From an uncultured Phascolarctobacterium sp. (GTDB lineage: Bacteria; Bacillota; Negativicutes; Acidaminococcales; Acidaminococcaceae): a stretch of 64,000 bases of DNA. The translations under genes were made by a program, and so were the position numbers. Below are positions 1 through 10,258 of this stretch, one piece after another. The stretch lies in the NCBI GenBank assembly GCA_900547415.1, contig URGS01000004.1, positions 26,389 to 90,388 of the forward strand. The letters are read 5' to 3'. The notes beneath the pieces are model-generated. The model was not told the origin of the DNA, did no database searches, and worked only from the letters and a program-made list of their open reading frames with translations. How positions within the stretch are numbered: the first letter of the stretch is position 1; every line of letters starts with the position of its first letter.

Positions 1-1
1 T

Positions 2-79
2 AAGGGCAAGGAGTTCAAAAAGCCTACCCGCATTGAACGTAGCTTAATTGCCAATATTAGACCACATATAGATTTCTAA
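2..79 (+). CDS. rimP: 3' end of upstream gene, probably ribosome maturation factor RimP (last 25 codons, ...KGKEFKKPTRIERSLIANIRPHIDF*)
   Basis: Frame open from window edge to TAA at 77-79; lies directly upstream of nusA as in the conserved rimP-nusA-infB operon; too short to verify by sequence. Confidence 0.4.
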   Translation, partial: KGKEFKKPTRIERSLIANIRPHIDF

Positions 80-105
80 ATACATTTATATAGGAGGCGT
101 AATAA

Positions 106-1167
106 TTGAACGCAGATTTTATCTCAGCAATTTATGCAGTGGGCAAGGAAAAGGGTATTGACCCGGATTTTCTGTTCCAGGCTATTGAAGAGGCTTTGGT
201 TACTGGCTATAAAAAGGATACTGGTACTACTCAAAATGTAAGAGTGGATATGAATAAAGAAAGCGGCGAAATCCACGTTTATGCACAACGTACTGTTGTT
301 GAGGGTGAGCCTGAGGATGCTAGTCAAATGACACTTGAGGAAGCTCAGGCTATTGATCCTCGCTATGAAATTGATGATATCGTTGAGGTTGAGGTTACTC
401 CGAAAAACTTTGGCCGCATTGCTGCTCAAAATGCTAAGCAGGTTGTGCTGCAGCGCATTCGCGAGGCAGAGCGCGGACAGGTTTATGAGCGTTTCTCCAG
501 CCGTGCTCAAGACATTGTAAATGGCGTTATCCAACGTATGGAAAACAGAAACGTTTACATTGAGCTTGGCAAAAATGTAGAAGCGGTTCTTAGCGTAAAT
601 GAACAAATTCCAGGTGAAATCTATCAAGCACATGAGCGTATCAAAACATATATTATTGAGGTTAAAAAGAACGATAAGAAGGGACCCCAAATTATGGTTT
701 CCCGTACTCATCCTGGCCTTTTGAAACGCTTGTTTGAGATTGAGGTTCCTGAAATCCATGATGGCATTGTAGAAATCAAATCCGTTGCTCGTGAGCCTGG
801 CAATCGTTCTAAAATTTCTGTATATACTGCAGATGAGAATGTAGATCCTGTAGGCGCTTGTGTTGGTCAAAAGGGCATGCGTGTTCAGACCATCGTTAAT
901 GAGCTTCGCGGTGAAAAGATTGACATTGTGAAATACAGCGATGATCCGGCTCAATATGTAGCTAATGCTCTTAGCCCGGCTAAGGTTTTGGAAACCAACG
1001 TTAATGAGGAAGAAAAAATCTGCCGCGTTGTTGTTCCCAACAACCAGCTGTCCCTGGCTATTGGCAAGGAAGGTCAGAATGCACGTCTTGCTGCTAAGCT
1101 GACTGGCTGGAAGATTGATATTAAGAGTGAAGATCAGGCTAAGGCAGAGGCTGCGGCTGAGGAATAA
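106..1167 (+). CDS. nusA: Transcription termination/antitermination factor NusA
   Basis: 353 aa; TTG start preceded by TAGGAGG; S1 and KH domain signature (e.g. LAIGKEGQNARLAAKLTGWKIDI); operon context. Confidence 0.93.
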   Translation: MNADFISAIYAVGKEKGIDPDFLFQAIEEALVTGYKKDTGTTQNVRVDMNKESGEIHVYAQRTVVEGEPEDASQMTLEEAQAIDPRYEIDDIVEVEVTPKNFGRIAAQNAKQVVLQRIREAERGQVYERFSSRAQDIVNGVIQRMENRNVYIELGKNVEAVLSVNEQIPGEIYQAHERIKTYIIEVKKNDKKGPQIMVSRTHPGLLKRLFEIEVPEIHDGIVEIKSVAREPGNRSKISVYTADENVDPVGACVGQKGMRVQTIVNELRGEKIDIVKYSDDPAQYVANALSPAKVLETNVNEEEKICRVVVPNNQLSLAIGKEGQNARLAAKLTGWKIDIKSEDQAKAEAAAEE

Positions 1168-1171
1168 TTAT

Positions 1172-1444
1172 ATGAAGATGAAGAAAATCCCGCAACGTAA
1201 GTGTGTGGGCTGTAATGAAATGAAGGACAAAAAAGAATTACTGCGCATTGTTCGTTCTCCTGAAGGAGAAATCAGTCTCGATATGACTGGTAAGAAGAAT
1301 GGTCGTGGTGCTTATGTTTGTCCGAATCCTGAGTGTATTACAAAGGCTGTCAAAGAAAAACGACTGGAGAGAGCTTTAGAAAAGCCAATCAACCAGGATG
1401 TTTATGCACAGCTGTTGGAGGATTTGGCCCATGGCAAACAATAA
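1172..1444 (+). CDS. ylxR: YlxR/RnpM family (DUF448) RNA-binding protein
   Basis: ATG at 1172 after nusA stop with GAGGAA RBS; KCVGCNE...GRGAYVC motif; conserved position between nusA and L7Ae gene. Confidence 0.85.
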   Translation: MKMKKIPQRKCVGCNEMKDKKELLRIVRSPEGEISLDMTGKKNGRGAYVCPNPECITKAVKEKRLERALEKPINQDVYAQLLEDLAHGKQ

Positions 1445-1727
1445 CATTGCCTTTGCTTTAGGCTTGGCACAGAAGGCTGGTAAAACTGCTTCAGGAGACT
1501 TGTCTGTTCGTGGCGCATTGAAAAGCGGCAAGGGTAAGCTCTTGGTTTTGGCCTCTGATGCAGCTCCTAACTCCAAAAAGGATATGCTCTATTTAGCAGA
1601 GCAAGCTCATATTCCTGTAGTTGAGGCATTAACTCGTGATGAGCTTGGTTATGCTATTGGAAAAGCCAGAAGAACGGCAGTAGTTATTACGGACAGTAAT
1701 TTTGCCAACATGATAAAAAACAAATAA
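1431..1727 (+). CDS. L7Ae/L30e family ribosomal-type protein (YlxQ-like)
   Basis: MANNNIAFALGLAQKAGK...; overlaps ylxR end by 14 nt; conserved position before infB. Confidence 0.8.
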   Translation: MANNNIAFALGLAQKAGKTASGDLSVRGALKSGKGKLLVLASDAAPNSKKDMLYLAEQAHIPVVEALTRDELGYAIGKARRTAVVITDSNFANMIKNK

Positions 1728-1759
1728 TCCCCCGTTAAATCTAGTTTGGAGGTGGATGA

Positions 1760-4330
1760 ATGGGTAGTAAAAGAATTTATGAGGTAGCTCAGGCTTACGG
1801 GAAGCCCGTAAACGAAGTCCTGGAGCTATTAAAGAAGCATAATATTGACAAGACTAATTTCAGTGGTGTTGATGACAAGACCATGGCTGTTATAAAAGAT
1901 GCTTACGATAAAAAGCCTGTGCCGCCCAAGCCAGCTAAGGCTGAACATAAAGAACAACCCAAACAGGTAAGTCCTGTAAAAGTTGAAAGAAAGGAGCAGC
2001 CGAAGCAGCAAGAGGCAAATCGCCAGGAAAATAAGACTGCCGGCAATAGTCAGAGGAATATGCAAAATCAACAAAACCAGCAGAAACGCAATGAGAACCG
2101 CGGCGAAAATCGTCAAGGCGGTATGAATAATAATCGTGGAGAGAATCGTCAGCAGGGCCGTAATGGCCAACAGGGCGGTCCTCGCAATAATAATCAACGT
2201 CCCGCAGGTCAAGGCCAGCAAAGACGTACTGAAGGCAGCAATGCTCAAGGAGGTAACCGTAATAACAACCGTGGCCAACAGCGTCAGGGTGGAGTTTTTG
2301 TTCCGGCCAAGGGTCAGCAGCCCGGTCAGGCAGTACATGGTGAAAGCCGTGCAACTGCAGTAGGAAATTCAAAAATGAGCGGCAAGGACAATGGCAGAGG
2401 CCGTAGCGACCGTAATGAACGTAATGCTAACGGTAAGGCTGGTCGCAAGGAAAAACCGCAAATTAAAGGCTCTTATGCAACTAAGGCAAGCCGTCCTAAC
2501 CGTAGTGCAGGTCATCAAATGCCTGTAAATAGAAATAAAAAGAATAATGCTCCTAAAGCAGCAGCTCCGGTAGCAGAAATTCAAAGACCTACTTATGTAG
2601 AAGTGGGTGAGTCCATTAATGTTCAAGAATTTGCTAAGCTGATCAAACGCGAAGTAAATGAAGTTATTAAGGCTCTCTTTATGCTGGGCATGATGGTTAC
2701 CATCAACCAAGATATCGATTATGATACTGCACTGCTAATTGGAGACAACTTTGGTGTAGAGGTTGGCCAAAAGGCTCCTGAGGAAGATCCTACCGAGATT
2801 CCTGAGGTTGACGATCCGGAAGAAAAACGTGTTCTGCGTCCGCCCGTTATTACCGTTATGGGTCACGTTGACCATGGTAAAACATCTCTCTTGGACGCAA
2901 TTCGTAAAACTAACGTAACCGCACGTGAGGCTGGCGGTATTACCCAGCACATTGGTGCATATAAAATTAATTATCAAGGCAAGCAAATCGTTTTCCTGGA
3001 TACCCCTGGTCACGAAGCGTTTACTGCAATGCGTGCCCGTGGTGCACAGGTTACTGACGTAGCAATTCTTGTTGTTGCAGCAGACGACGGTGTTATGCCC
3101 CAAACTATTGAGGCTATCAACCACGCTAAGGCTGCTAATGTACCTATCATTGTTGCTATCAACAAGATTGACCGTGAAGGTGCAAACCCTGATCATATTA
3201 AACAACAGCTTGCTGAGCATGGTCTGATTCCTGAGGAGTGGGGCGGAGATACCATTATGGTTCCTGTTTCTGCACGTCAGAAAATTGGCATTAGTGATAT
3301 TCTGGAAATGATTCTGCTGGTGGCAGAGGTTCAAGAGCTGAAGGCTAACCCAAATCTGCCTGCTCATGGCACTATTATCGAGGCACAGCTGGATAAGGGT
3401 CGTGGACCTGTCGCAACCGTTCTGGTACAACGCGGTACACTGCACATTGGTGACACCATCATTGCTGGTACCTGCTATGGTAAGGTTCGTGCGATGATAA
3501 ATGATCGTGGTGAGAAGATTAAAAAGGCTGGTCCGTCTACTCCTGTAGAGGTTCTGGGCCTGAATGACGTTCCTGCAGCTGGTGATATTTTGGACAGCAC
3601 TGATGAGCGTACTGCTCGCAGCGTAGCTGAAAAACGTATTGCTAAACGTAAGGAAGAGGAAATCAAGATGAACTCCAAGGTATCCTTGGATGACCTGTTC
3701 CAACGTATTCAAGATGGCGAAATTAAAGACCTGAATATCGTTGTAAAGGCTGACGTTCAAGGTACTATTGAAGCACTTAAGGCTTCTCTTGAAAAGATTA
3801 AAAACGATGAAGTTAAAGTTTCCGTAGTTCATGCTGGCGTTGGTGCTATCAGCGAGTCCGACGTTATGCTGGCATCTGCTGCTAACGCTCTGATTATCGG
3901 TTTCAACGTTCGTCCTGATGCAAACGCTCGTAAGGCTGCTGAAACAGAAAAGGTTGATCTTCGTACCTATAGAGTAATCTATGATGCACTGAATGACGTA
4001 GAAGCAGCTATTAAAGGTATGTTGGCTCCGAAATTCAAAGAGGTTGTTACCGGCCGTATCGAGGTTCGTCAGCTGATTACTATTTCCAAGCTTCTTATTG
4101 CAGGCTGCTATGTTACCGAGGGTAAGGTTACTAACCACTCCAAGGTTCGTGTAATTCGTGATGGCATTGTAATTTTTGAAGATGAAATTGACTCCCTGCG
4201 CCGCTTTAAAGATGACGTTAAGGAAGTACAGCAAGGCTATGAATGCGGCATTACCCTTGAAAAATATCGTGACCTGAAGGAAGGAGACCAATTCGAGGTG
4301 TATGATATGGAAGAGGTTGCCGTAGAGTAG
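1760..4330 (+). CDS. infB: Translation initiation factor IF-2 with long low-complexity N-terminal linker
   Basis: 856 aa; GGAGGTGG RBS; G-domain motifs [24 protein letters not shown]; C-terminal domains conserved. Confidence 0.95.
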   Translation: MGSKRIYEVAQAYGKPVNEVLELLKKHNIDKTNFSGVDDKTMAVIKDAYDKKPVPPKPAKAEHKEQPKQVSPVKVERKEQPKQQEANRQENKTAGNSQRNMQNQQNQQKRNENRGENRQGGMNNNRGENRQQGRNGQQGGPRNNNQRPAGQGQQRRTEGSNAQGGNRNNNRGQQRQGGVFVPAKGQQPGQAVHGESRATAVGNSKMSGKDNGRGRSDRNERNANGKAGRKEKPQIKGSYATKASRPNRSAGHQMPVNRNKKNNAPKAAAPVAEIQRPTYVEVGESINVQEFAKLIKREVNEVIKALFMLGMMVTINQDIDYDTALLIGDNFGVEVGQKAPEEDPTEIPEVDDPEEKRVLRPPVITVMGHVDHGKTSLLDAIRKTNVTAREAGGITQHIGAYKINYQGKQIVFLDTPGHEAFTAMRARGAQVTDVAILVVAADDGVMPQTIEAINHAKAANVPIIVAINKIDREGANPDHIKQQLAEHGLIPEEWGGDTIMVPVSARQKIGISDILEMILLVAEVQELKANPNLPAHGTIIEAQLDKGRGPVATVLVQRGTLHIGDTIIAGTCYGKVRAMINDRGEKIKKAGPSTPVEVLGLNDVPAAGDILDSTDERTARSVAEKRIAKRKEEEIKMNSKVSLDDLFQRIQDGEIKDLNIVVKADVQGTIEALKASLEKIKNDEVKVSVVHAGVGAISESDVMLASAANALIIGFNVRPDANARKAAETEKVDLRTYRVIYDALNDVEAAIKGMLAPKFKEVVTGRIEVRQLITISKLLIAGCYVTEGKVTNHSKVRVIRDGIVIFEDEIDSLRRFKDDVKEVQQGYECGITLEKYRDLKEGDQFEVYDMEEVAVE

Positions 4331-4348
4331 TAGCTAGAGGTTATAATT

Positions 4349-4726
4349 ATGGCTAGATTAAGAGTAGAAAAGGTACAAGAGGCTATTCAACAGGAAATTA
4401 GCAAAATGCTTCTGATGGATGTAAAGGACCCTCGTATTCAGTTTGTTACTGTTACCGGAGTTGAGCTTACTGATGATATGAGCTATGCTAAGATTTATGT
4501 AAGTCTTTATGGACCAAAAGATAAACAAGAAGAAACCTGGAAGGCGCTGCAAAAGTCCTTGGGCTTTATGCGCACTGAAATCGCTAAGCGTATCCGCCTG
4601 CGTTTTGCGCCGACATTGATTTTGCAAAAGGATACTTCTATGGAGTATAGCGCTCATATTGAAAGTATTTTGCAAAAGATTAAGCAGGAGGAGAAGCCTG
4701 CTGCTGAGGAAGAAAAAGATGAGTAA
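4349..4726 (+). CDS. rbfA: Ribosome-binding factor A
   Basis: 125 aa; MARLRVEKVQEAIQQEIS...; follows infB. Confidence 0.9.
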   Translation: MARLRVEKVQEAIQQEISKMLLMDVKDPRIQFVTVTGVELTDDMSYAKIYVSLYGPKDKQEETWKALQKSLGFMRTEIAKRIRLRFAPTLILQKDTSMEYSAHIESILQKIKQEEKPAAEEEKDE

Positions 4727-5669
4727 GGAACTGACTCTCAAAGAAACCGGTTCCATGCTACTGGCAGCGCAGAAAATTGTTCTGTGCTGCCATGTCAGCC
4801 CTGATGGAGATACTCTTGGTTCTGCTTTAGGTTTGTATCGCTTTTTAAAGCAGCAGGGCAAGGATATCACTCTGTTTGTTGATGATGACATTAATAAAAG
4901 CTTAAAATTTTTGCCTGGCATGGATTGCTGCAAGCGTCCTGAAGCCGGTCAGAAGCTTGAGGTAGATGTTCTCTGCGTTATTGATGCCAGTTCAGCTGAC
5001 CGCATAGGAATTGTTAATGATGTAGTAGAAGCTAAATGCTTAATGAATATTGACCATCATATTTCCAATACTCGTTTTGCCGACTATCTTTATCTTGACC
5101 CTGTAGCTGCAGCTACAGGTGAAGTAATGTGCATGCTTTTTGATGAAATGGGCTGGGAGATGGACAAAGAGATTGCTACCTGCTTTTATACAGCCATTAC
5201 TATGGACTGTGGTTCCTTCCGCTATTCCAATACTACATCCAGAACTATGAACATGGCAGCTAAGCTTTTGGACTGCGGCGCTAAACCCAACGAAATTGCT
5301 GATGCCATGGATGTTCGTGAAAGAGCTAACGTAGAACTATGGGTTAAGGTTCTGCCAACACTGACATTTACCTTCAATGATAAGGTTGCTTATATAAGCC
5401 TGCCTCACGAGCTGTATAATAAGGATATTTCTACAGATAACTTTATTTCCTATCCTCGTTATATTGAGGGCGTGGATGTAGCGATTTTCTTCAAGGCTGT
5501 GGAGTCCGAGGTTACTCGTGTCAGCATGCGCTCAGCCGAAACTGATGTGTCTCAGATTGCTCTGCACTTTGGTGGCGGCGGCCATATTAGAGCTGCTGGC
5601 TGCACTATTTATGCTCCTCTTGAGGAAGCGCGTCGCCAGCTGTTGGAAGAGTTAGGCAAGGTAATGTAA
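4719..5669 (+). CDS. nrnA: DHH/DHHA1 family phosphoesterase, NrnA-type oligoribonuclease/pAp phosphatase
   Basis: ATG at 4719 (MSKELTLKE...) overlapping rbfA stop; DHH motifs CHVSPDGDTLGS, DHH; C-terminal GGGH motif. Confidence 0.8.
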   Translation: MSKELTLKETGSMLLAAQKIVLCCHVSPDGDTLGSALGLYRFLKQQGKDITLFVDDDINKSLKFLPGMDCCKRPEAGQKLEVDVLCVIDASSADRIGIVNDVVEAKCLMNIDHHISNTRFADYLYLDPVAAATGEVMCMLFDEMGWEMDKEIATCFYTAITMDCGSFRYSNTTSRTMNMAAKLLDCGAKPNEIADAMDVRERANVELWVKVLPTLTFTFNDKVAYISLPHELYNKDISTDNFISYPRYIEGVDVAIFFKAVESEVTRVSMRSAETDVSQIALHFGGGGHIRAAGCTIYAPLEEARRQLLEELGKVM

Positions 5670-6547
5670 TGGACGGTATTTTTAATGTGCTGAAGCCCCC
5701 GGGAATGACTTCACATGATGTGGTGGCTTTCCTGAGACGTGCTCTGCAGACAAAGAAGATAGGACATGGGGGAACTCTTGATCCTGATGCGGCAGGAGTT
5801 CTTCCTGTTTTTGCAGGCAGTGCTACCCGCTTGCTGGAGTTTGCTGTTGAAGGAAAAAAGCAGTATATTGCAGAATTTACCTTAGGCAAGCGTACTGATA
5901 CTGGAGATGATAGTGGCACTGTGGTTGAAGAAAAGCCTGTGCCGCATTTTTCTGAGGCTGACCTTAGTAAAGTTTTAAGCAGCTTTTTAGGTGTACAGCA
6001 GCAGCTTCCGCCGATGTATTCAGCTTTAAAGGTTAATGGTAAAAAGCTGTATGAACTGGCACGCAAGGGAGTTGAGGTTGAGCGTCAGCCCAGAGAAATT
6101 GAAATTTTTCAGCTGGAGCTGCTTCATTTTTCAGACAACCGCTTTACTGTAGCTATTGACTGCTCAAAGGGTACTTATATCAGGGTATTAGGCGAGGACA
6201 TCGCTTCTGCCTTAGGAACATGTGGAACTATGAGCTTTCTGCTGCGTACTAGAGTAGGCAGCTACACGCTGGCCGATGCCTATACACTACAGGAAATTGC
6301 TGATGCGCCTGAAAGCTGTAAGGCAGAACCATTGACTGCAGTAGCAGAGCTCCCTAAGCTTGTTCTTACAGGAAGGCAGGCAGCTCGCATTACTAACGGT
6401 GTACGTACTACTATTGCAGGTACTTCTGAAGGGCGCTACGTTCTCCTAGGTCCTGAGGGAGAATTCTTGGGACTTGGAAGCTGCAATGAATCAATGATTA
6501 AGGCAGAAAAAATATTAGAGCATTATAAAATGCCTGAGGAAGAATAG
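5669..6547 (+). CDS. truB: tRNA pseudouridine(55) synthase
   Basis: TAATG overlap with nrnA; GHGGTLDPDAAGVLPV catalytic motif. Confidence 0.92.
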   Translation: MDGIFNVLKPPGMTSHDVVAFLRRALQTKKIGHGGTLDPDAAGVLPVFAGSATRLLEFAVEGKKQYIAEFTLGKRTDTGDDSGTVVEEKPVPHFSEADLSKVLSSFLGVQQQLPPMYSALKVNGKKLYELARKGVEVERQPREIEIFQLELLHFSDNRFTVAIDCSKGTYIRVLGEDIASALGTCGTMSFLLRTRVGSYTLADAYTLQEIADAPESCKAEPLTAVAELPKLVLTGRQAARITNGVRTTIAGTSEGRYVLLGPEGEFLGLGSCNESMIKAEKILEHYKMPEEE

Positions 6548-6553
6548 ATTTAG

Positions 6554-7492
6554 ATGGAAATTATTACTGCTTTAGAACAATTACATAGGGTAAAAGGACC
6601 TTGCGTAATCGCACTGGGAACCTTTGATGGACTGCATCTGGGTCATCAGGATGTAATTTTGGCAGCAAGGGAGCAGGCTAGAGCTACCTCTGCTAAGCTG
6701 GCAGTGTTTACCTTTAGTAATCATCCTTTGAGCTTGATTAGACCAGAAGCTGTTCCTGTTTCCTTGATTTCACCAGAAAAAAAATTGGAGCTTTTAGAGA
6801 AGCTTGGAGTAGATATTTTAATAGATATTCCCTTTAATAAAGAACTTGCTCAGCTGACACCTGATGAATTTTTGGCTAAGCTTCAAAGCATTGATTACAG
6901 TTGTCTTACAGTTGGTGAGAATTTTACCTATGGAATTTATGGCAGAGGAACTTGCACTACTATGGCAGAATCTGCTAAAGTTATGGGTTTTAAACTCATA
7001 GTCCGTCCTCTTGTAAGCTATAATGGGACTGTCATAAGCAGTACAGCTATTCGTCAGCTTATAAGCAACGGGCTTATGGATGAAGCAGCAAAGATGCTTG
7101 GTCGCAGCTACAGCCTTGCTGGTGTTGTTGCCCATGGTAATGAAAGGGGAAGACTTTTAGGTTACCCAACTGCCAATATTGAGCTGGAGGATTATAATGT
7201 TGCAGCACCTAAGGGTGGTGTTTACATGGTACAGGTTATATTGGAAAACCACACTTACTATGGTATGGCCAATATTGGTAAAAATCCAACCTTTGGTGAC
7301 GTAGACAGACTGCGTCTGGAGGTTAATATTTTTGATTTTGACGGAGATATTTATGGTAAAGAGATGACAGTTATCTTTAAGGAATATGTTCGTGGAGAAG
7401 TAAGGTTCTCATCCATTGATGCACTTAAGGCGCAGCTTGCTGCCGATAAGGAGCAATGTAAAGCATTAGTGCAGAAATTGGATAGACTATAG
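6554..7492 (+). CDS. ribF: Bifunctional riboflavin kinase/FAD synthetase
   Basis: 312 aa; N-terminal nucleotidyltransferase GTFDGLHLGHQ motif and C-terminal riboflavin kinase domain. Confidence 0.9.
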   Translation: MEIITALEQLHRVKGPCVIALGTFDGLHLGHQDVILAAREQARATSAKLAVFTFSNHPLSLIRPEAVPVSLISPEKKLELLEKLGVDILIDIPFNKELAQLTPDEFLAKLQSIDYSCLTVGENFTYGIYGRGTCTTMAESAKVMGFKLIVRPLVSYNGTVISSTAIRQLISNGLMDEAAKMLGRSYSLAGVVAHGNERGRLLGYPTANIELEDYNVAAPKGGVYMVQVILENHTYYGMANIGKNPTFGDVDRLRLEVNIFDFDGDIYGKEMTVIFKEYVRGEVRFSSIDALKAQLAADKEQCKALVQKLDRL

Positions 7493-7522
7493 ATATGTTC
7501 TGTTAAAAATTTAACAATTAGC

Positions 7523-7551
7523 TTGCCAAGAAGCTAATATCGTGTTATACT
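7523..7551 (+). promoter_or_regulatory. Putative sigma-70 promoter of rpsO (TTGCCA -17- TGtTATACT)
   Basis: -35 TTGCCA 7523-7528, 17-nt spacer, extended -10 TGTTATACT; followed by hairpin-containing leader CTTGGtatgaaCCAAGG before rpsO. Confidence 0.45.
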
Positions 7552-7637
7552 ATCTTGGTATGAACCAAGGCTTGGTGGTACGAAACTCCAACGGCCGCTA
7601 TGCTTATGGCAATTTTAATTTTTAGGAGGAAATCTCA

Positions 7638-7904
7638 ATGTTAACTAGCGAAGCTAAACAAGCAATCATTCTCGACAACGCTCGTCATGAAGGCGACACC
7701 GGTTCTCCGGAAGTACAAATTGCAGTTCTGACCGAACGCATCAAATACTTGACCGAGCATCTGAAATCCAACAAAAAAGACCATCATTCTCGTCGTGGCC
7801 TGCTGAAAATGGTTGGTAAACGTCGTGGTCTGCTGAACTACCTGCAAAGCAAAGATATCGAACGTTATCGTGCAATCATTGCTAAACTGGGTATCCGTAA
7901 ATAA
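7638..7904 (+). CDS. rpsO: 30S ribosomal protein S15
   Basis: 88 aa; ...[17 protein letters not shown]...[16 protein letters not shown]... Confidence 0.95.
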   Translation: MLTSEAKQAIILDNARHEGDTGSPEVQIAVLTERIKYLTEHLKSNKKDHHSRRGLLKMVGKRRGLLNYLQSKDIERYRAIIAKLGIRK

Positions 7905-7917
7905 TTTAGCTTATAAG

Positions 7918-7948
7918 GAGCTCATCCGTTTGGATGGGCTCTTTTTTT
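7918..7948 (+). terminator. Intrinsic terminator after rpsO
   Basis: GAGCTCATCC-gttt-GGATGGGCTC stem followed by TTTTTTT. Confidence 0.8.
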
Positions 7949-8060
7949 ACGTTAAACAGTTTACGCCATTTAACAAATATGTTACAATATTAAGGACTTA
8001 TTGATTGCATATTATAGAGTTAATCAATAATATTCTGAAAATTTTATTGATGGTGATACG

Positions 8061-9065
8061 ATGAAGAAAGAATTGCTTGTGCAGGAGCTTCCTACAGATT
8101 TTTGCCATGCATCTACACTATTAGCTCTTGAAAATGGCGAGGTGTTGTGCTGCTGGTTTGGTGGTACTCACGAAGGCAATGCTGATGTTGCTATCTTTAT
8201 GAGTCGCAGAACTGCAAACGGAGTATGGTCATTTCCGATTAAGCTGGCAGATGGATTGGAAGCAAACTGGAATCCTGTCCTGCATCTTAGAGATGATGGA
8301 GTGGTGCAGCTCTTTTACAAGGAGGGTCAGCAGATTGCTTCTTGGCGTACGCTAGTTATGGAATCTGAGAATCATGGTCAAAGCTGGACTAGGGCTCGTG
8401 AGCTTGTACCTGGAGATAATGGCGGTGGACGCGGACCTGTACGCAATAAACTATTACGTTTGTCTAGCGGACGTCTTTTGGCAGGGGCATCAACGGAGCA
8501 TGGGTTGTGGAAGGCTTATGCAGATAGAAGTGATGACGATGGACGCAACTGGAGCCTGTCTAATCCCATTGCTATTGATGATTTAGAATATCATACAGGT
8601 GAAAAAACTGCAGCAAGTGATATTGCTGTTAGTGAACAATCCTTTTATGGCCGAGGCGTAATTCAGCCAAGCTTGTGGGAAAGTGCTGATGGAAGCGTGC
8701 ATATGCTTCTTAGAAGCAGTGAAGGCTTTATTTATCGCAGTGATTCAATCGATGGTGGCGTAAGCTGGTGCAGTGCCTATCCTATAGATATTCCAAACAA
8801 TAACAGCGGGTTAGACCTTGTTAAAGGTGCAAATGGGTATCTGTATCTGGTATGCAATCCTGTGGCGGCAAACTGGGGGATGCGTTCTCCTTTAAGCTTG
8901 TTCCAGTCTATTGATGATGGAAAAAGCTGGGAGAGAATGTTCGATCTGGATTCCGAGGCAGGGGAGTTTTCTTATCCTGCGATTATTGCTTCCGGTACTA
9001 AGCTTTATATTAGCTATACCTACAAAAGGGTAAATATTGTTTTTCTAGAGCTGGAGCTACTATAA
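8061..9065 (+). CDS. BNR/Asp-box repeat beta-propeller protein (annotated-sialidase-like, cytoplasmic, no RIP motif)
   Basis: 334 aa; four Asp-box repeats SxDxGxxW (SENHGQSWT, SDDDGRNWS, SIDGGVSWC, SIDDGKSWE); no signal peptide; no Arg-Ile-Pro catalytic motif seen. Confidence 0.65.
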   Translation: MKKELLVQELPTDFCHASTLLALENGEVLCCWFGGTHEGNADVAIFMSRRTANGVWSFPIKLADGLEANWNPVLHLRDDGVVQLFYKEGQQIASWRTLVMESENHGQSWTRARELVPGDNGGGRGPVRNKLLRLSSGRLLAGASTEHGLWKAYADRSDDDGRNWSLSNPIAIDDLEYHTGEKTAASDIAVSEQSFYGRGVIQPSLWESADGSVHMLLRSSEGFIYRSDSIDGGVSWCSAYPIDIPNNNSGLDLVKGANGYLYLVCNPVAANWGMRSPLSLFQSIDDGKSWERMFDLDSEAGEFSYPAIIASGTKLYISYTYKRVNIVFLELELL

Positions 9066-9106
9066 CTTGTTTTTATTTTTATTATTATATAAGGAGTGAT
9101 TTTCTG

Positions 9107-10075
9107 ATGAAAAAAATCTTATTGGTCCTCATGGCTATGCTGACCATGGCAGTTCTGGTAACTGGCTGCGGCGGTGGCGAGAAAAAGGCTGCTTATCCTG
9201 CTGACGGTGATATTTCCGTAATTATCCCGAAAGCTCCCGGTGGCGGCACTGATACTTCCGCACGTGGTTTGATTCAGTTCATGGAAAAAGAACTGAAGGG
9301 CAGTAAATTTGTTGCTGTTAACAGACCTGATGGCGGCGGTGTTACCGGCATGGTAGAAACTGCTAATGCTAAACCCGATGGACATACTCTGGGTATGGTT
9401 ACTGTAGAGCTGGCTATGTTCCCGCATCAAGGTAAATGCAAGAACACCTATGCTGACTACAAAGCAATCTGCGCACCTATTGCTGCACCTGCTGCTTTGA
9501 TTGTTACTAAGGAAGCTCCCTATAACAGCCTGGAAGAGTTCGTAGCTTATGCTAAGGCTAACCCTGGCAAGGTACAAATGGGCAACTCTGGCATTGGTGC
9601 AATCTGGCACATTGCTGCTCTGTCCTTTGAAGAAGAGTTTGGCGTTCAATTCAAACATGTTCCTTATCCGAAAGGATCCGCTGATATTGCTGCTGCTTTA
9701 GCTGGTAAGCATATCGACGCTACCTTGGCAGATCCCTCCGTATTCAAGAGTCAAGTTGACGCTGGCAACCTGAAAATTTTGGCTGTAATGGCTGCAACCC
9801 GTTCCGAAATTTATCCTGAAGTACCGACCTTTAAAGAGCTTGGCCATGATATGACTATCCGCGCTTGGGCAACTCTGGTAGCTCCTAAAGATACTCCGAA
9901 GGAAAAACTGGAAGTTCTGCGCAACGCTGCTAAGAAGGTTTGCGAATCTAAGGAATTCAAGGAATACTTCAAAAAACAAGGTATTGATCCTACCTGCATC
10001 GTAGGCGAAGAAGCTGACAAGATGATGAAGGACGACCATGAAATGTATGGTAAGTTCCTGGCGAAAGCTAAATAA
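9107..10075 (+). CDS. tctC: Tripartite tricarboxylate transporter substrate-binding protein TctC/Bug family, lipoprotein
   Basis: 322 aa; lipobox LVTGC after hydrophobic leader; Bug-family PGGGTD motif (IIPKAPGGGTDTSARG); no tctA/tctB adjacent. Confidence 0.8.
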   Translation: MKKILLVLMAMLTMAVLVTGCGGGEKKAAYPADGDISVIIPKAPGGGTDTSARGLIQFMEKELKGSKFVAVNRPDGGGVTGMVETANAKPDGHTLGMVTVELAMFPHQGKCKNTYADYKAICAPIAAPAALIVTKEAPYNSLEEFVAYAKANPGKVQMGNSGIGAIWHIAALSFEEEFGVQFKHVPYPKGSADIAAALAGKHIDATLADPSVFKSQVDAGNLKILAVMAATRSEIYPEVPTFKELGHDMTIRAWATLVAPKDTPKEKLEVLRNAAKKVCESKEFKEYFKKQGIDPTCIVGEEADKMMKDDHEMYGKFLAKAK

Positions 10076-10085
10076 GTGATTCTTG

Positions 10086-10118
10086 AGAAGGCTGTGCGTA
10101 GCATGGCCTTCTTTTTTT
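10086..10118 (+). terminator. Intrinsic terminator after tctC
   Basis: AGAAGGC...GCCTTCT hairpin followed by TTTTTTT. Confidence 0.6.
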
Positions 10119-10258
10119 GCTTTCGGTAATGCTTGCTGTGTAAAATCTGTGCTTTTTATCACATATTTTCTGTAATTATATAGTCATTTATAGTTAAATA
10201 TGTTATAATAATAAAATTGACAAAACTGTGAACAAATTAAAAAAACGGGTGATTAAGT

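Noticed and set aside
2735-4291. 518-aa ORF on the minus strand, the longest of several long antisense ORFs (124-954 (-) nusA, 1829-2710 (-) infB, 24655-25968 (-) topA/trmFO, 33134-33721 (-) rluB, 37070-38434 (-) rpsA part, 41955-42746 (-) der, 57643-58602 (-) ahcY, 61005-61607 (-) nfnA)
   Set aside because: All lie exactly antisense to strongly conserved, highly expressed genes. Their translations are low-complexity (I/L/F/N/S-rich) with no motifs or RBS. Long antisense frames are expected where sense codon usage avoids TTA/CTA/TCA.
8061-9065. Calling the BNR protein a sialidase/neuraminidase
   Set aside because: Asp-box repeats are present, but I cannot find the N-terminal RIP motif or the Arg triad/Tyr-Glu nucleophile pair by eye, and there is no signal peptide. 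It is safer to call it a BNR propeller of unknown activity.
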